In this document: in pieces, positions 1 through 10,158 of the stretch
How the letters are laid out: every line of letters starts with the position of its first letter
Position numbering within the stretch: the stretch's first letter is position 1
NCBI GenBank assembly: GCA_963664815.2
Contig: CAXXHB010000003.1
Location: 1,792,001 to 1,856,000 of the forward strand
DNA from: Spirochaetota bacterium
Lineage (GTDB): Bacteria > Spirochaetota > UBA4802 > UBA5550
DNA: 64,000 nucleotides
Direction of reading: 5' to 3'
Translations under genes and position numbers: made by a program
Notes under the pieces: model-generated
Databases searched by the model: none
What the model saw: only the letters and a program-made list of their open reading frames with translations
Told to the model about the DNA's origin: nothing

Positions 1-131
1 TGAAAAACAACACAAAAATATTTAAAATATCCGTCATGAGCGGATTTGTTTTAAAGATTTGACATGGGGGATACATAGAAGACCTTTGTACTGTTTATAC
101 TGCCGCATCAGTTCTGTCTCAGGAGAATAAT

Positions 132-1280
132 ATGACATTATCGATTCCCGGCTTATCCGCGGAATTATGCCGTGCGGCTGAGGAGCTGGGCTACAGGGAA
201 TTTTTTCCCGTTCAGATGGAGGCTATTCCTTTAATACTTGCAGGAAAAGATGTAGCTGTATCAGCACAGACCGGTTCCGGAAAAACAGCAGCTTTTCTTT
301 TGCCGGTTCTTCAGAAGTTGTCTGAAAGGGGGACTGTAAAAAATTCAAAGGCCGCTGTTCTGGTACTGGTACCTTCGAGGGAACTTGCAGGGCAGGTTGC
401 AGACGCGGTAAAAGCCTTCAGCCGGTACCTTCCGGGGAGAATAGAGGTTGAGGCTGTATACGGTGGTGTTGCAATAAACCCGCAGATGAAAAGCGTAAGC
501 TCAGGCACGGATATTATTATTGCAACCCCGGGGAGACTTATTGATCTTATAGAAAGAAACAGTGTAAGGCTCTCCGGTATAAAGACACTGGTTCTTGATG
601 AAGCGGACAAAATGCTTGATCAGGGCTTCAGGGATGAGATAGGCGATCTCCTCAGGCTCCTGCCGGCAAAAAGGCAGAATCTGTTGTTTTCCGCGACATT
701 AAAAAGTACTATAGATATACCGGGTATGAACTTTCTGAAAGATGCGGTAAAGATCGGAATGGAGAAAGATGAAAAACCGGCAGATATTATTGATCAGTAT
801 GTGTATGAAGTTGACAGGGAGAGCAAAGGAATACTGCTGAGGAGCCTGATAAATAAAAACGGATGGGAACGGGTGCTTGTCTTTGTTTCATCAAAGAGAA
901 GGGCTGAAAATGTAACCCGCAAACTGAATGCAAACAATATAAGCGCGGAGTCACTGCATGGAGATAAAAGCCAGAGTGCGCGTACAGGGGCCCTGTCAAG
1001 GTTTAAAAGCGGGAAGATAAGGGTACTTGTTGCAACAGACCTTGCATCAAGGGGGCTTGATATAGAACAGCTCCCCTGTGTTGTGAATTATGAGCTTCCA
1101 AGATCGGCTGCGGATTATATACACCGCACAGGAAGGACCGGAAGAGCCGGAATGAAGGGTATTGCTGTGACTCTTCTGTCGGAAGATGAGTGCCAGCATA
1201 TGAAAATGATTGAAAAACGGATGAAGATCAGGCCTGTATATATTGATTCGGAGAGTATAACAAAACTGATGCAGAATTAA
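132..1280 (+). CDS. DEAD-box RNA helicase (RhlE-like)
   Basis: AQTGSGKT, PSRELA, TPGRL, VLDEAD, SAT and HRTGRTGRAG motifs. Confidence 0.93.
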   Translation: MTLSIPGLSAELCRAAEELGYREFFPVQMEAIPLILAGKDVAVSAQTGSGKTAAFLLPVLQKLSERGTVKNSKAAVLVLVPSRELAGQVADAVKAFSRYLPGRIEVEAVYGGVAINPQMKSVSSGTDIIIATPGRLIDLIERNSVRLSGIKTLVLDEADKMLDQGFRDEIGDLLRLLPAKRQNLLFSATLKSTIDIPGMNFLKDAVKIGMEKDEKPADIIDQYVYEVDRESKGILLRSLINKNGWERVLVFVSSKRRAENVTRKLNANNISAESLHGDKSQSARTGALSRFKSGKIRVLVATDLASRGLDIEQLPCVVNYELPRSAADYIHRTGRTGRAGMKGIAVTLLSEDECQHMKMIEKRMKIRPVYIDSESITKLMQN

Positions 1281-1379
1281 TTACTGGGAAAGTGGTTCAT
1301 TTCTGGAAGCCCCTTAAAAGATTTATTCCGGGCTGGACGCAGTTTTTTAAAAGCAAGTATAATAAACAGAGGATAATTA

Positions 1380-2381
1380 ATGGAAATTAAAAAAGTTTTT
1401 ATCGGGAACCTGGATTTCAATGTTACAGGGGATGAAGTAAAAAGCCTTTTGTCTGAATATGGCACCGTGGTGAATATTAAAATGCATCAGGCAAAGGGAT
1501 ATGCCTTTGTTGAGATGAGTTCGGCAGCTGAAGCGGAAACAGTAGTCAGGAAACTTGATGGTAAAAAATACAGGGAACGTGAAATGCGTATAAGCCTTGA
1601 GATGAAGGCGGGGAAGGCCAGAGCTTTATCTGTAAAAAGATATAAAGAGCGGGGGGAGAACAGATCCGGCGGGAAGCCAGCTGTATCCGGTAACAGTAAA
1701 TCTGTCAGATCAGGGGGGGAAAGAGCTGCAATGCCGCGGCCTGAGAGAGAAAGAAGGACTGCCGGAAAACCGGAAGAAAGCGCAGGAGCTGAAAGAACCG
1801 AGAGGTACGGCAGTAAATCTCCCCGGATGCGCGTCAACTCACGGTACAATGAAAAACCGGACTACAACAGGGGTGAAAAACCTGAATCAGGCCGCAGAAG
1901 CGGAGAAAGACCAAAGGCGCCGGGGAACAGGCCGCTGAGAGATTACTCAGGGGAAAGGAACAGGGGAGATGGTAAAACAGCTGAAAGAAACGGTAATAAT
2001 ATAAGAGAACGGCCAAAGAATAAGTCTGAATATCCGGAGAGAACCTTTCAGGAGAGATCTCCGCGTGAAGGTAAAAGAGCGGATTTCGCCAGGCCGGTAA
2101 AACCGGATCACGATTTCAGGCCTGGAGGAAAAAAACCCCGTACATCGTCAAAAATAAGCGACAGCTGGAGAGAAAAACCTGAGATGAAGGAGTTCCAGGA
2201 GGAGAGGCCGGGGGATTATTCGAAACCCCGTTCCCTCAGCGGTTCGCAGAACAGGTTTTCCCGATCATCAGGGGCTAAAACCGGTGACGGAAACAGAAAA
2301 AGGTCTTCAGGCGCACAGGGGCCTAAATCACGGAATACTGCCGGCGTAAAAAATACCGGAGCGCGAAGAAAGAGAGACTAA
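1380..2381 (+). CDS. RRM RNA-binding protein with long R/G/S/E/K-rich disordered tail
   Basis: RNP2 VFIGNL and RNP1 KGYAFVEM in first ~75 aa; remainder low complexity. Confidence 0.85.
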   Translation: MEIKKVFIGNLDFNVTGDEVKSLLSEYGTVVNIKMHQAKGYAFVEMSSAAEAETVVRKLDGKKYREREMRISLEMKAGKARALSVKRYKERGENRSGGKPAVSGNSKSVRSGGERAAMPRPERERRTAGKPEESAGAERTERYGSKSPRMRVNSRYNEKPDYNRGEKPESGRRSGERPKAPGNRPLRDYSGERNRGDGKTAERNGNNIRERPKNKSEYPERTFQERSPREGKRADFARPVKPDHDFRPGGKKPRTSSKISDSWREKPEMKEFQEERPGDYSKPRSLSGSQNRFSRSSGAKTGDGNRKRSSGAQGPKSRNTAGVKNTGARRKRD

Positions 2382-2394
2382 GGGATAGTGCAAT

Positions 2395-2865
2395 ATGAAC
2401 AAAAATGATATACTCCGGAGATTAAGATACGCCCTCAATATCAGTAATGCGGAGATGACAGAAATATTTAAACTTGCCGGGCATGATATCCCGGAATCGG
2501 CGATACTCAACATTATTAAAAAAGAGGAAGAAGATGGGTATATTGAATGCAGCGACAGGGAAATTGAACTCTTTCTTGATGGCCTGATTATAAAGAGACG
2601 GGGAAAAAGGGAAACGGCTGGTTCTGAACCTGTAGTCAGGGCAGAGTCGCGGATTTCTAACAATATTGTCTTAAAAAAACTGAGGATTGCCCTTGATTTT
2701 AAGGAGAATGATATGCTTGAGATGTTCAGGCTGTCTGGATTTGAAATTACCAGGCCTGAACTTTCGGCGCTGTTCAGAAAAAAGGGGAGCAAAAACTACA
2801 AGGTATGCGGAGACCAGATTGTGAAGAATTTTCTGAAAGGCATTACGGTTTATTACAGAAAGTAA
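2395..2865 (+). CDS. DUF1456 (YehS-like) protein
   Basis: NDILRRLRYAL ... FLDGLI and second repeat NNIVLKKLRIAL ... CGDQ..NFLKG. Confidence 0.85.
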   Translation: MNKNDILRRLRYALNISNAEMTEIFKLAGHDIPESAILNIIKKEEEDGYIECSDREIELFLDGLIIKRRGKRETAGSEPVVRAESRISNNIVLKKLRIALDFKENDMLEMFRLSGFEITRPELSALFRKKGSKNYKVCGDQIVKNFLKGITVYYRK

Positions 2866-2918
2866 TGCCTTTAAATTCTGACAGGCTTAAGGGGAAAATA
2901 AACCCCGCCCTGATCAGA

Positions 2919-4007
2919 TTATTTAAACAGTTTCAGATATTTCCCGTAGCCGTTTTTCTCCATCTCCTCTTTCGGAATAAATTTCAACGATGCGGAGTTC
3001 ATGCAGTATCTCAAACCTGTCGGAGCGGGTCCGTCGGTAAAGAGATGCCCCAGATGAGAATCACCTGTTCTGCTTCGTACCTCCGTACGTTTCATGAAGA
3101 GCGAATTATCAGACTTTGTAACAATATTACCCGGTTCAAGAGTCCCGGAAAAGCTTGGCCAACCTGTGCCTGAATCGTATTTATCCCTGGAGCTGAAAAG
3201 CGGCTCGCCGGATATTATATCGACATAGATACCATCCTTTTTATTATCCCAGAATTCATTATCAAAAGGTGGTTCTGTTCCTTTATTTCTTGTAACATGG
3301 TACTGAAGTTCCGTCAGTTTCTTCTTCAGAACAGAGTCGTCAGGTTTACTGTATATCTTCAGATCTCCGGGGGTAATCTTTAAAAACTCATCCCCCCATA
3401 CTTTTTTTAAAAACCGATCCCTCCCTGAACCGGACCTGTAATTTTTATAGCCGGCAGGATTGGTGGCACAGTAGTTCTGGTGATATTCCTCCGCTTCGCT
3501 GAAGTTTTTAAACTTTGTGATTTCTGTAACAACAGGCTTGTCGAATCGTTTTGATTCTTCAAGCTGCAGCCTGGATCGCTCCGCAATCTTCTTCTGTTCT
3601 TCATTATGATAATAGATTTTACTGCTGTAGTGAACGCCCCTGTCTGCAAACTGCCCCCCGGCATCTGTAGGGTCTATATGTTTCCAGAAATAGTCGAGAA
3701 GCGATTCGTAGGTGATAATATCCGGATCATACAAAACCTGAACGGCTTCAATGTAACCAAGATCATGATAGTTTTCGTATGTGGGATTCTCACCTGTGCC
3801 TCCGGAGTAGCCTGATGTTGCCTTTATTACACCGGGGAGTTTTTTAAAGTCTGCCTCCACGCACCAGAAACAACCACCTGCAAAGGTTGCAGTTTTCAAA
3901 CGGGTGTTTTTAGCAGTTCCCGTATTCCCCTTGCTGCGGTCGGTATTACCTGTAACACCGCAGCCCAGGATAAGTGAACACAATATATGCAGAAATGGAT
4001 TTTTCAT
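2919..4007 (-). CDS. msrAB: Bifunctional methionine sulfoxide reductase MsrA/MsrB, probable lipoprotein
   Basis: GGCFWC (MsrA), GTGWPSF and RYCMNS (MsrB); N-terminal LILGC lipobox-like; ATG at 4007 preferred over 4013. Confidence 0.92.
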   Translation of the reverse strand: MKNPFLHILCSLILGCGVTGNTDRSKGNTGTAKNTRLKTATFAGGCFWCVEADFKKLPGVIKATSGYSGGTGENPTYENYHDLGYIEAVQVLYDPDIITYESLLDYFWKHIDPTDAGGQFADRGVHYSSKIYYHNEEQKKIAERSRLQLEESKRFDKPVVTEITKFKNFSEAEEYHQNYCATNPAGYKNYRSGSGRDRFLKKVWGDEFLKITPGDLKIYSKPDDSVLKKKLTELQYHVTRNKGTEPPFDNEFWDNKKDGIYVDIISGEPLFSSRDKYDSGTGWPSFSGTLEPGNIVTKSDNSLFMKRTEVRSRTGDSHLGHLFTDGPAPTGLRYCMNSASLKFIPKEEMEKNGYGKYLKLFK

Positions 4008-4098
4008 ATTCAACCTCTGTCGGAAATATATTAAAACAGGGGATGAAACGTGTTAAAATGGCTATAGGTCTGCAGTAACATCCCCTGCATGTTAAATC

Positions 4099-4124
4099 AG
4101 ATGTAAAAAAAGTTTTAATGTTAC
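4099..4124 (-). promoter_or_regulatory. Possible ECF-sigma-type promoter upstream of msrAB
   Basis: GTAAC-N16-CATCT on minus strand; consensus resemblance only. Confidence 0.3.
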
Positions 4125-4311
4125 CGGTAAAAGCGCTGCAGCTGTATTAAAAGCAATTAAAATAAAACGGAGAGAACCATGAACCATGCAGGCATCAAGC
4201 CGTATTTTAATATCTTGACAAAAGAGAATTTATAGCAGAAAAATAGCAATAGCCGAAACCGGCAATATTGAATATATTATTGAATATATTATTGATATTA
4301 AAAGGTGATAA

Positions 4312-5544
4312 ATGAAAAAGTTCCCCGACAGTTTTTATTTTGGAGCATCAACATCGTCACACCAGGTTGAGGGAAACTGCCGGAATGACTGGAGTGAATG
4401 GGAAAGGATAAATGCCGGGAGACTGGCCGGAGAGTCCTCAAAGTACAGCAGCCTCTCCTCATGGGAAAGAATTAAACCTGAAGCGGAATCGAGGGAAAAC
4501 TACATATCGGGAGTGGCGGCTGATCACTATAACCGTTACGAAGAGGATTTTGATATCGCCAAAAAAATCGGTATTAATGCCTGCAGGTTTTCCGTTGAGT
4601 GGTCGCGCGTAGAACCCTTCAGCGGGATATGGGACAGGGATGAACTGAACCATTACAGAAAGATGATACGCGCCATGCACAAAAGGGGGATTGAACCCTT
4701 TGTTACAATATGGCACTGGACCCTCCCGCTGTGGCTTTCGGAGGCCGGGGGAGTTTCACATCCGGAATTCCCGGAACTCTTTGCGGAATACGCAGGGAAG
4801 CTTGCAGAGGAATTTGCAGGTGATGTAAAATTCTTTATTACGGTAAACGAGCCGGAGATATATTCCCTTAACAGCTACCTGCGCGGTATATGGCCGCCGG
4901 AGAAAAAGGGTATTTTTTCCTATATCCGTTCAATGAAATCGCTTATAAAATCGCATAAACTGGCATATGAAGAGATAAAAAAAAGGATACCGGATTCAGC
5001 AGTGGGACCTGCATGCAACATGTCGTATTTTGAACCGGGGAGGGGCTTTATCAACAGAGGCATCGCATCCCTGTCAGGGCATTACTGGAACCGTTATTTT
5101 ACAGACCATGTGAAATCAAAGATCGATTATATAGGGGTGAACTACTACTTTCATAACCGTATAAATTACGGATTCAACAGAAATGACTGTGAGTTTGCCT
5201 CCGATCTCGGGTGGGAGCTCTATCCGGCCGGTATGGAACATCTTCTGAACGCACTTTCATGCTACAATCTGCCGGTTTACATTACGGAAAACGGCCTTGC
5301 GGATGCAGGGGATGAAAGGCGCCCGTGGTTTATCGAAGAGACACTTCGAAGCGTAATGAAGGCGATGGATAACGGAGTTGATGTAAGGGGATACTTCCAC
5401 TGGTCGCTGATAGATAACTTTGAGTGGGATAAAGGTTTCTGGCCCCGCTTTGGGCTTATTTCTGTTGACCGCAAAAACCTCACCCGGAAGATGAGAACTG
5501 ACAGCTGCAGAAAATACAAAGAAATAATTAAAAAAGGAATTTAA
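4312..5544 (+). CDS. Glycoside hydrolase family 1 (beta-glucosidase/galactosidase)
   Basis: STSSHQVEG, RFSVEWSR, TVNEP (acid/base), YITENG (nucleophile), WSLIDNFEW. Confidence 0.92.
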   Translation: MKKFPDSFYFGASTSSHQVEGNCRNDWSEWERINAGRLAGESSKYSSLSSWERIKPEAESRENYISGVAADHYNRYEEDFDIAKKIGINACRFSVEWSRVEPFSGIWDRDELNHYRKMIRAMHKRGIEPFVTIWHWTLPLWLSEAGGVSHPEFPELFAEYAGKLAEEFAGDVKFFITVNEPEIYSLNSYLRGIWPPEKKGIFSYIRSMKSLIKSHKLAYEEIKKRIPDSAVGPACNMSYFEPGRGFINRGIASLSGHYWNRYFTDHVKSKIDYIGVNYYFHNRINYGFNRNDCEFASDLGWELYPAGMEHLLNALSCYNLPVYITENGLADAGDERRPWFIEETLRSVMKAMDNGVDVRGYFHWSLIDNFEWDKGFWPRFGLISVDRKNLTRKMRTDSCRKYKEIIKKGI

Positions 5545-5546
5545 AA

Positions 5547-7373
5547 ATGACAGGTGTTTCAGCGGCATTTATTGCCCAGGTGTTTTTCGGCGTTTCATTG
5601 ATTATAGATAAAATATTCTTCGGCGAGCATGGGGAGATAAAGGTTGTTCCGTACGTTTTCTGGATTACCATTATGGGAAGCTTTGGTATGGTCTTCTTTT
5701 TGTTCGGGTTCAGGCTCCCGAATATACAGACTATAGGTATAGTATTCCTTGCAGCCCTTTCATTTATACTTATGCTTATATGCTACTACCAGGTGCTCTC
5801 CCGCGGAGAGGCATCTGAAGCCGTACCTGTTGTCGGGGGCTTCGCGCCACTTGCCACATTCCTTATAGGTTCGGCTGTTGAACTGAGTTCCCTGAACACA
5901 TCGGAGGCGATAGGTTTTGTTCTTCTTCTTATGGGGGGATTTGCCCTTTTCTTCTCGGAGAGGTCGCATTTAAAAGAACTTCTCCCCTGGACGCTTATGG
6001 CCTCCCTTCTGACAGGTACAACCAATATTCTTGAAAAGCTGGTATTTGAGCATACTGCAAACTTTTCAACAGCATTTGCGCTTATGAAAACGGCAACGCT
6101 GATTCTGGGGGTCTCAATGCTGGCGGTGCCCTATCTGCGAAAAAGCATTTTCTCAACTTCACGCGGAACAACAACCGGTAACAGGATATTATACCTTACA
6201 AGCAGGGTACTTGCAGGTTCAGGGTCTGTAATGCTGTTTTATGCAATAAAACTGCAGGATCACCCTGCAGTAATTGAATCCATAAACGGCTTCAGGTATG
6301 TCCTGGTTTTCATACTTGCATTCATCATAACAAAGGCACGGCCCGACCTGCTGAAGGAATCGACAAGGGCGGGGAGGGTTATTGTAAAGGCACTTGCCAC
6401 AATACTGATTGTCGGGGGGCTTTCAATTCTGGGGGTACAGAGCTTTTATGAAAATATACCACGTCCGAGGACAACGGATGTAACATGGGGCGTTACATTC
6501 TCCGATATGATGGCTGAAGACCTGAAGCTTGACCCTGGAGAGACGCTTTATGCCATTCTTAAGGATTTAAGACCCCAGGGGGTAAGGCTGGTTGCATACT
6601 GGGACAGAATAGAGAAAAGAAAGGGTGAGTGTGATTTCAGCAGCCTTGACGAGCAGATGAGGATAGCTGCGGAATTCAAAACGCCTGTGATACTGGCGCT
6701 TGGTCAGAGGGTGCCGAGATGGCCGGAATGTCATATCCCGAAGTGGGCAAATCCGAAGAAAGACCTTCTCCCATATATGAAGAAGGTTGTTAAACGATAC
6801 AGAGGATACAGGAATATTCTCTACTGGCAGGTTGAAAATGAACCCTTCCTCCATTTCGGCGAATGCCCGAAGGCGGACAAGAAGCTGATTGTTTCAGAGA
6901 TCGATGCAGTAAGAAATCTTGATCCCGGGAGGAAGATACTTCTTACCGATGGCGGTGAGTTCGGGGACTGGTACAGGGCTGCAAAGAGAGGCAACATATT
7001 CGGCACCACTCTCTACCGCAAAGTGCACAGCCGCTTCTTCGGGGAATTTACATATCCCATTACTCCTGAGATTTACCCCCTTAAGCGTGATATAATACAG
7101 TTTCTCACAGGGAAACCGGACCAGAACTTTATAATAATTGAGCTTGGAACAGAACCGTGGGGTGATAAACAGATATTTGAAATGACCCTTGATGAGCAGA
7201 TTCAGAATTTCAGGATGAAGGATTTCAGGGATAACATCAATTACGCCCTTGACTGCAGGTATGACACCTACTACCTCTGGGGCGCAGAGTGGTGGTATTA
7301 TTTAAAGAAGAAGTATAACAAAGACGGCTACTGGCGTATAGCCGCAGATACATTCAAAAGGGAGAGAATTTAA
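5547..7373 (+). CDS. EamA/DMT-like multi-TM domain fused to clan GH-A glycoside hydrolase-like domain
   Basis: About 10 hydrophobic segments in first ~300 aa; then VRLVAYWDRIE, PRWPECHIP, WQVENEP, IELGTEPW, LWGAEWW. Confidence 0.65.
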   Translation: MTGVSAAFIAQVFFGVSLIIDKIFFGEHGEIKVVPYVFWITIMGSFGMVFFLFGFRLPNIQTIGIVFLAALSFILMLICYYQVLSRGEASEAVPVVGGFAPLATFLIGSAVELSSLNTSEAIGFVLLLMGGFALFFSERSHLKELLPWTLMASLLTGTTNILEKLVFEHTANFSTAFALMKTATLILGVSMLAVPYLRKSIFSTSRGTTTGNRILYLTSRVLAGSGSVMLFYAIKLQDHPAVIESINGFRYVLVFILAFIITKARPDLLKESTRAGRVIVKALATILIVGGLSILGVQSFYENIPRPRTTDVTWGVTFSDMMAEDLKLDPGETLYAILKDLRPQGVRLVAYWDRIEKRKGECDFSSLDEQMRIAAEFKTPVILALGQRVPRWPECHIPKWANPKKDLLPYMKKVVKRYRGYRNILYWQVENEPFLHFGECPKADKKLIVSEIDAVRNLDPGRKILLTDGGEFGDWYRAAKRGNIFGTTLYRKVHSRFFGEFTYPITPEIYPLKRDIIQFLTGKPDQNFIIIELGTEPWGDKQIFEMTLDEQIQNFRMKDFRDNINYALDCRYDTYYLWGAEWWYYLKKKYNKDGYWRIAADTFKRERI

Positions 7374-7384
7374 AGTATAATTTA

Positions 7385-8014
7385 TTATTTTAATCTCTCC
7401 TTAATGTAATCAAGAATAAATCCGGAAGCTTTTTCAACACCGGTTTTCCCTGTATTGACAGAGAGGTCATATTTTCTGGCGTCTGTCCAGTCCTTACCGG
7501 TAAAGGTTTTACAGTAAACACCCCTGTCTTTGTCGCTCTGTCCGATCATTTTGCCGGCTTCATCTTTTGATATTCTGTAGAGTTTCTGAACACGTGCGCT
7601 CCGGAATGGGATGTCTGCATGAAGAAATATGCTTATATGCTCCGGGTATTCGCGGAAAATATGTGATCCGCACCTTCCTATAATGACTGCGGATTGTTTT
7701 TTAACAATGTTTGCAATTACCTCTGTTTCAGCCTCATATAACTCACGATCTGTAACGGGGAGCGCCTGCGGGGGGATATATATGTCGGAGCAGACCGGGC
7801 TGAACTGCATAAAAGATTCCCAGAAGGATTGTACTTTTTCATCGCGCAATTCAAGGTTTTCTTCAAATCCTGAAAGCTGCTTAGCAGCCCCGCGGATAAT
7901 CTCGCGGTCAGCATAAAAGATATTCAGTTTATTTGCAAGCTGCCGTCCGATATAAGCTCCCCCTGACCCCAGCTGGCGGCTGATTGTAACAACAAAGGGC
8001 ATATCCTGTTTCAT
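7385..8014 (-). CDS. Cytidylate kinase-like family protein
   Basis: VVTISRQLGSGG, VIIGRCG, YDLSVNT. Confidence 0.85.
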   Translation of the reverse strand: MKQDMPFVVTISRQLGSGGAYIGRQLANKLNIFYADREIIRGAAKQLSGFEENLELRDEKVQSFWESFMQFSPVCSDIYIPPQALPVTDRELYEAETEVIANIVKKQSAVIIGRCGSHIFREYPEHISIFLHADIPFRSARVQKLYRISKDEAGKMIGQSDKDRGVYCKTFTGKDWTDARKYDLSVNTGKTGVEKASGFILDYIKERLK

Positions 8015-8201
8015 TTCAAGATCTCCTGTATTTATTGCTTTTATGTTTTTATGCTATAATATCATAATGAATGTAATAAACAATAAAAGATGTGAGATGT
8101 AAAGGAAATAATTGATTGAACCTTTAAATATCACGGTTTGACGGATACACTTTTAGTAAAGTGGGTATTTAAAGATTCATTGACCGGAAAACAAAAAATG
8201 C

Positions 8202-8231
8202 TTGACATATAATTTGATGTCAAACTATATT
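8202..8231 (+). promoter_or_regulatory. Sigma70 promoter of marR overlapped by palindromic operator
   Basis: TTGACA 8202-8207, TATATT 8226-8231; TAATTTGATGTCAAACTA at 8210-8227. Confidence 0.65.
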
Positions 8232-8237
8232 CGCTCT

Positions 8238-8663
8238 ATGAAGATTGACAATACATTTTTTCTTATTGGAAGAATAAAGGAACACTATACGGCTTTTCTT
8301 GAAAAGGAGCTGAAAAACAGGGGGTTGAACAGGCTGGTCACCTCTCATGCCGATATTATTGTTGCGCTGAGAAAAAGCGGCGAACTGACGCTTTCGGAGG
8401 TTGCCGACAGCATCAACAGGGATCGTTCGACGGTAACTTCACTGGTTTCAAAGCTGGAGAGTCTCGGGTATGTTCAGCAGAGAAAAAACGAGGATGATAA
8501 CCGTTCAAGCTTTCTCTCCCTGACTGAAAAGGGTATGGATCTTATTCCTGAGTTTCAGTCCATTTCAAATATTCTGTTTAAAAAAGCGGTTAAGGGCATA
8601 TCTGAAGAGGAGTGGAACGATTTCAGAAAAGTTCTTGAAAAGATGTATGTCAACTTCCGGTAA
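8238..8663 (+). CDS. MarR family transcriptional regulator
   Basis: wHTH LTLSEVADSINRDRSTVTSLVSKLESLGYV and DNRSSFLSLTEKG; ATG 8238 preferred because the TTG at 8202 is the -35 box. Confidence 0.9.
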   Translation: MKIDNTFFLIGRIKEHYTAFLEKELKNRGLNRLVTSHADIIVALRKSGELTLSEVADSINRDRSTVTSLVSKLESLGYVQQRKNEDDNRSSFLSLTEKGMDLIPEFQSISNILFKKAVKGISEEEWNDFRKVLEKMYVNFR

Positions 8664-8672
8664 TTTTTTATG

Positions 8673-8696
8673 GTGTAGTTTGATGTCAAACTACAC
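8673..8696. promoter_or_regulatory. Second copy of the putative MarR operator palindrome
   Basis: GTGTAGTTTGA-TG-TCAAACTACAC, perfect 11-bp arms, same core as 8210-8227. Confidence 0.65.
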
Positions 8697-8755
8697 ATTG
8701 ATTTAATGCTGAAAATGCCAGTCTGGGAACAACTATAATATTAAGGAGGAGCTTT

Positions 8756-9145
8756 ATGCAGACAAAAACGTACCTTAGAATCGGCGGTTCTATAGTGTTG
8801 TTTTTTGCTGTCTTTCACATTTTAAGTCCACAAATTGTTTCTGCGATTTACTCGGAACCTCTTGTAAATGGCAGGGGTAAATCGGTAATGCACATTTATA
8901 CTTATTTGACGGCTTTGATATGTCTGGGCATGTCGCTTATTACATTTATATCCGGTAGTGAACTTGTTTTAACCAGGCCGGGGCGTTTTGTATTAATATA
9001 CTTCGCCTCAATAGGGCTATTCAGGGCGCTCCTAGGAGTAATATTTACAGGGATAACCAGCTCGTTATCAGTTTTCGTTATAGTTACTACATCTACCGCA
9101 GGCCTGTGCTATATACTGGCTGTAAAAAAAGCAATATCCGGTTAA
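8756..9145 (+). CDS. Hypothetical membrane protein (about 4 TM)
   Basis: AGGAGG RBS; four hydrophobic stretches. Confidence 0.75.
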   Translation: MQTKTYLRIGGSIVLFFAVFHILSPQIVSAIYSEPLVNGRGKSVMHIYTYLTALICLGMSLITFISGSELVLTRPGRFVLIYFASIGLFRALLGVIFTGITSSLSVFVIVTTSTAGLCYILAVKKAISG

Positions 9146-9210
9146 GTCTGGGTATATAGTTTTTAAGAGCAGATTAATATGAAAAAAAATTTTACTGAAA
9201 GAGGATATAT

Positions 9211-9393
9211 ATGAAAAAAGAACCGCGCTGTGCAACATGCCCTATGCGGGCTAAATATGATGCAAAACCACGTTCATTTACAGGAAGATTCTGGCGTTTT
9301 CACATCAGCTTCTGCCCGGGATGGAAATCATACATGAAATCACTCCCGGATGCTGAAAAGAAAGAGGTAAAGGCTAAATACAATCTCCGGTAA
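9211..9393 (+). CDS. Small hypothetical Cys-containing protein
   Basis: GAGGA RBS; CATC and HISFCPGW. Confidence 0.65.
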   Translation: MKKEPRCATCPMRAKYDAKPRSFTGRFWRFHISFCPGWKSYMKSLPDAEKKEVKAKYNLR

Positions 9394-9491
9394 TTTTTTT
9401 AAAAATTCTGCTTGCGCCATGTCATTTATTTTTCAGCACTCGTTATAAGAGACATAAGTTACAATATAACGATAAAAAGAGGAGTAGATAT

Positions 9492-10031
9492 ATGGCAAAA
9501 GCAAAACTTCATCCGTTTTTAAGGACTATGCATGGCGGTTTTGACGGTCTTGTACTTTACCGCCGCTATGGCAAAACCTACATTAAAATACGAACAATCC
9601 CCTTTAATCCACGAACAGAACCTCAGGTGAAATGCAGGGGTAATTTCGGCGGCAGCGTAAAGGCATGGCAGAACCTTTCTGAAGAGGAGAAGTCACTCTA
9701 CAGAAACAGGGCAAAGAGAAAAAAAAGGTCGGGGTACAACCTGTTTATGTCGGAATACCTTCGCGGGATTGTTCCCGGTTCACCGGTATCGCCGTCGGGT
9801 AGCGGCGTAACAGGGGAAGCAGTTGTTGTTTCAACTCCCTGTGAAGTAGCGGATTGTACCTGCTGTTATTCTGAAAACAGCAGATCAGGGTCTGTTCAGA
9901 ATAAAATGAATACTGTAAAAGACGGGGTTACATCACTCCGGACGGGACTTAAACAGTATGATGACCCTGTTGAAAAACGTTTCAATACCGTTTCAACTCC
10001 GTTACCGACAGAGAAAAACGCGCGTTTATAG
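9492..10031 (+). CDS. Basic hypothetical protein, possible nucleic-acid binder
   Basis: GAGGAG RBS; NPRT..Q..R..F, WQNLSEEEKSLY, SGYNLFMSEY. Confidence 0.65.
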   Translation: MAKAKLHPFLRTMHGGFDGLVLYRRYGKTYIKIRTIPFNPRTEPQVKCRGNFGGSVKAWQNLSEEEKSLYRNRAKRKKRSGYNLFMSEYLRGIVPGSPVSPSGSGVTGEAVVVSTPCEVADCTCCYSENSRSGSVQNKMNTVKDGVTSLRTGLKQYDDPVEKRFNTVSTPLPTEKNARL

Positions 10032-10158
10032 CTGTATGCAGCGTGTTTGAGTCGAAATTGAAGCGTAATTGACTTTTCTGTAAAGAGAGTCGGAACTTTG
10101 TCATAAATCTGACATGGTATTGCCAAAGATGCTGTTGATGCACAGCGACAGGTACGTT

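Noticed and set aside
4266-4299. 12-bp tandem repeat ATTGAATATATT upstream of GH1
   Set aside because: About 2.5 AT-only copies; slippage is as likely as an operator and there is no other support
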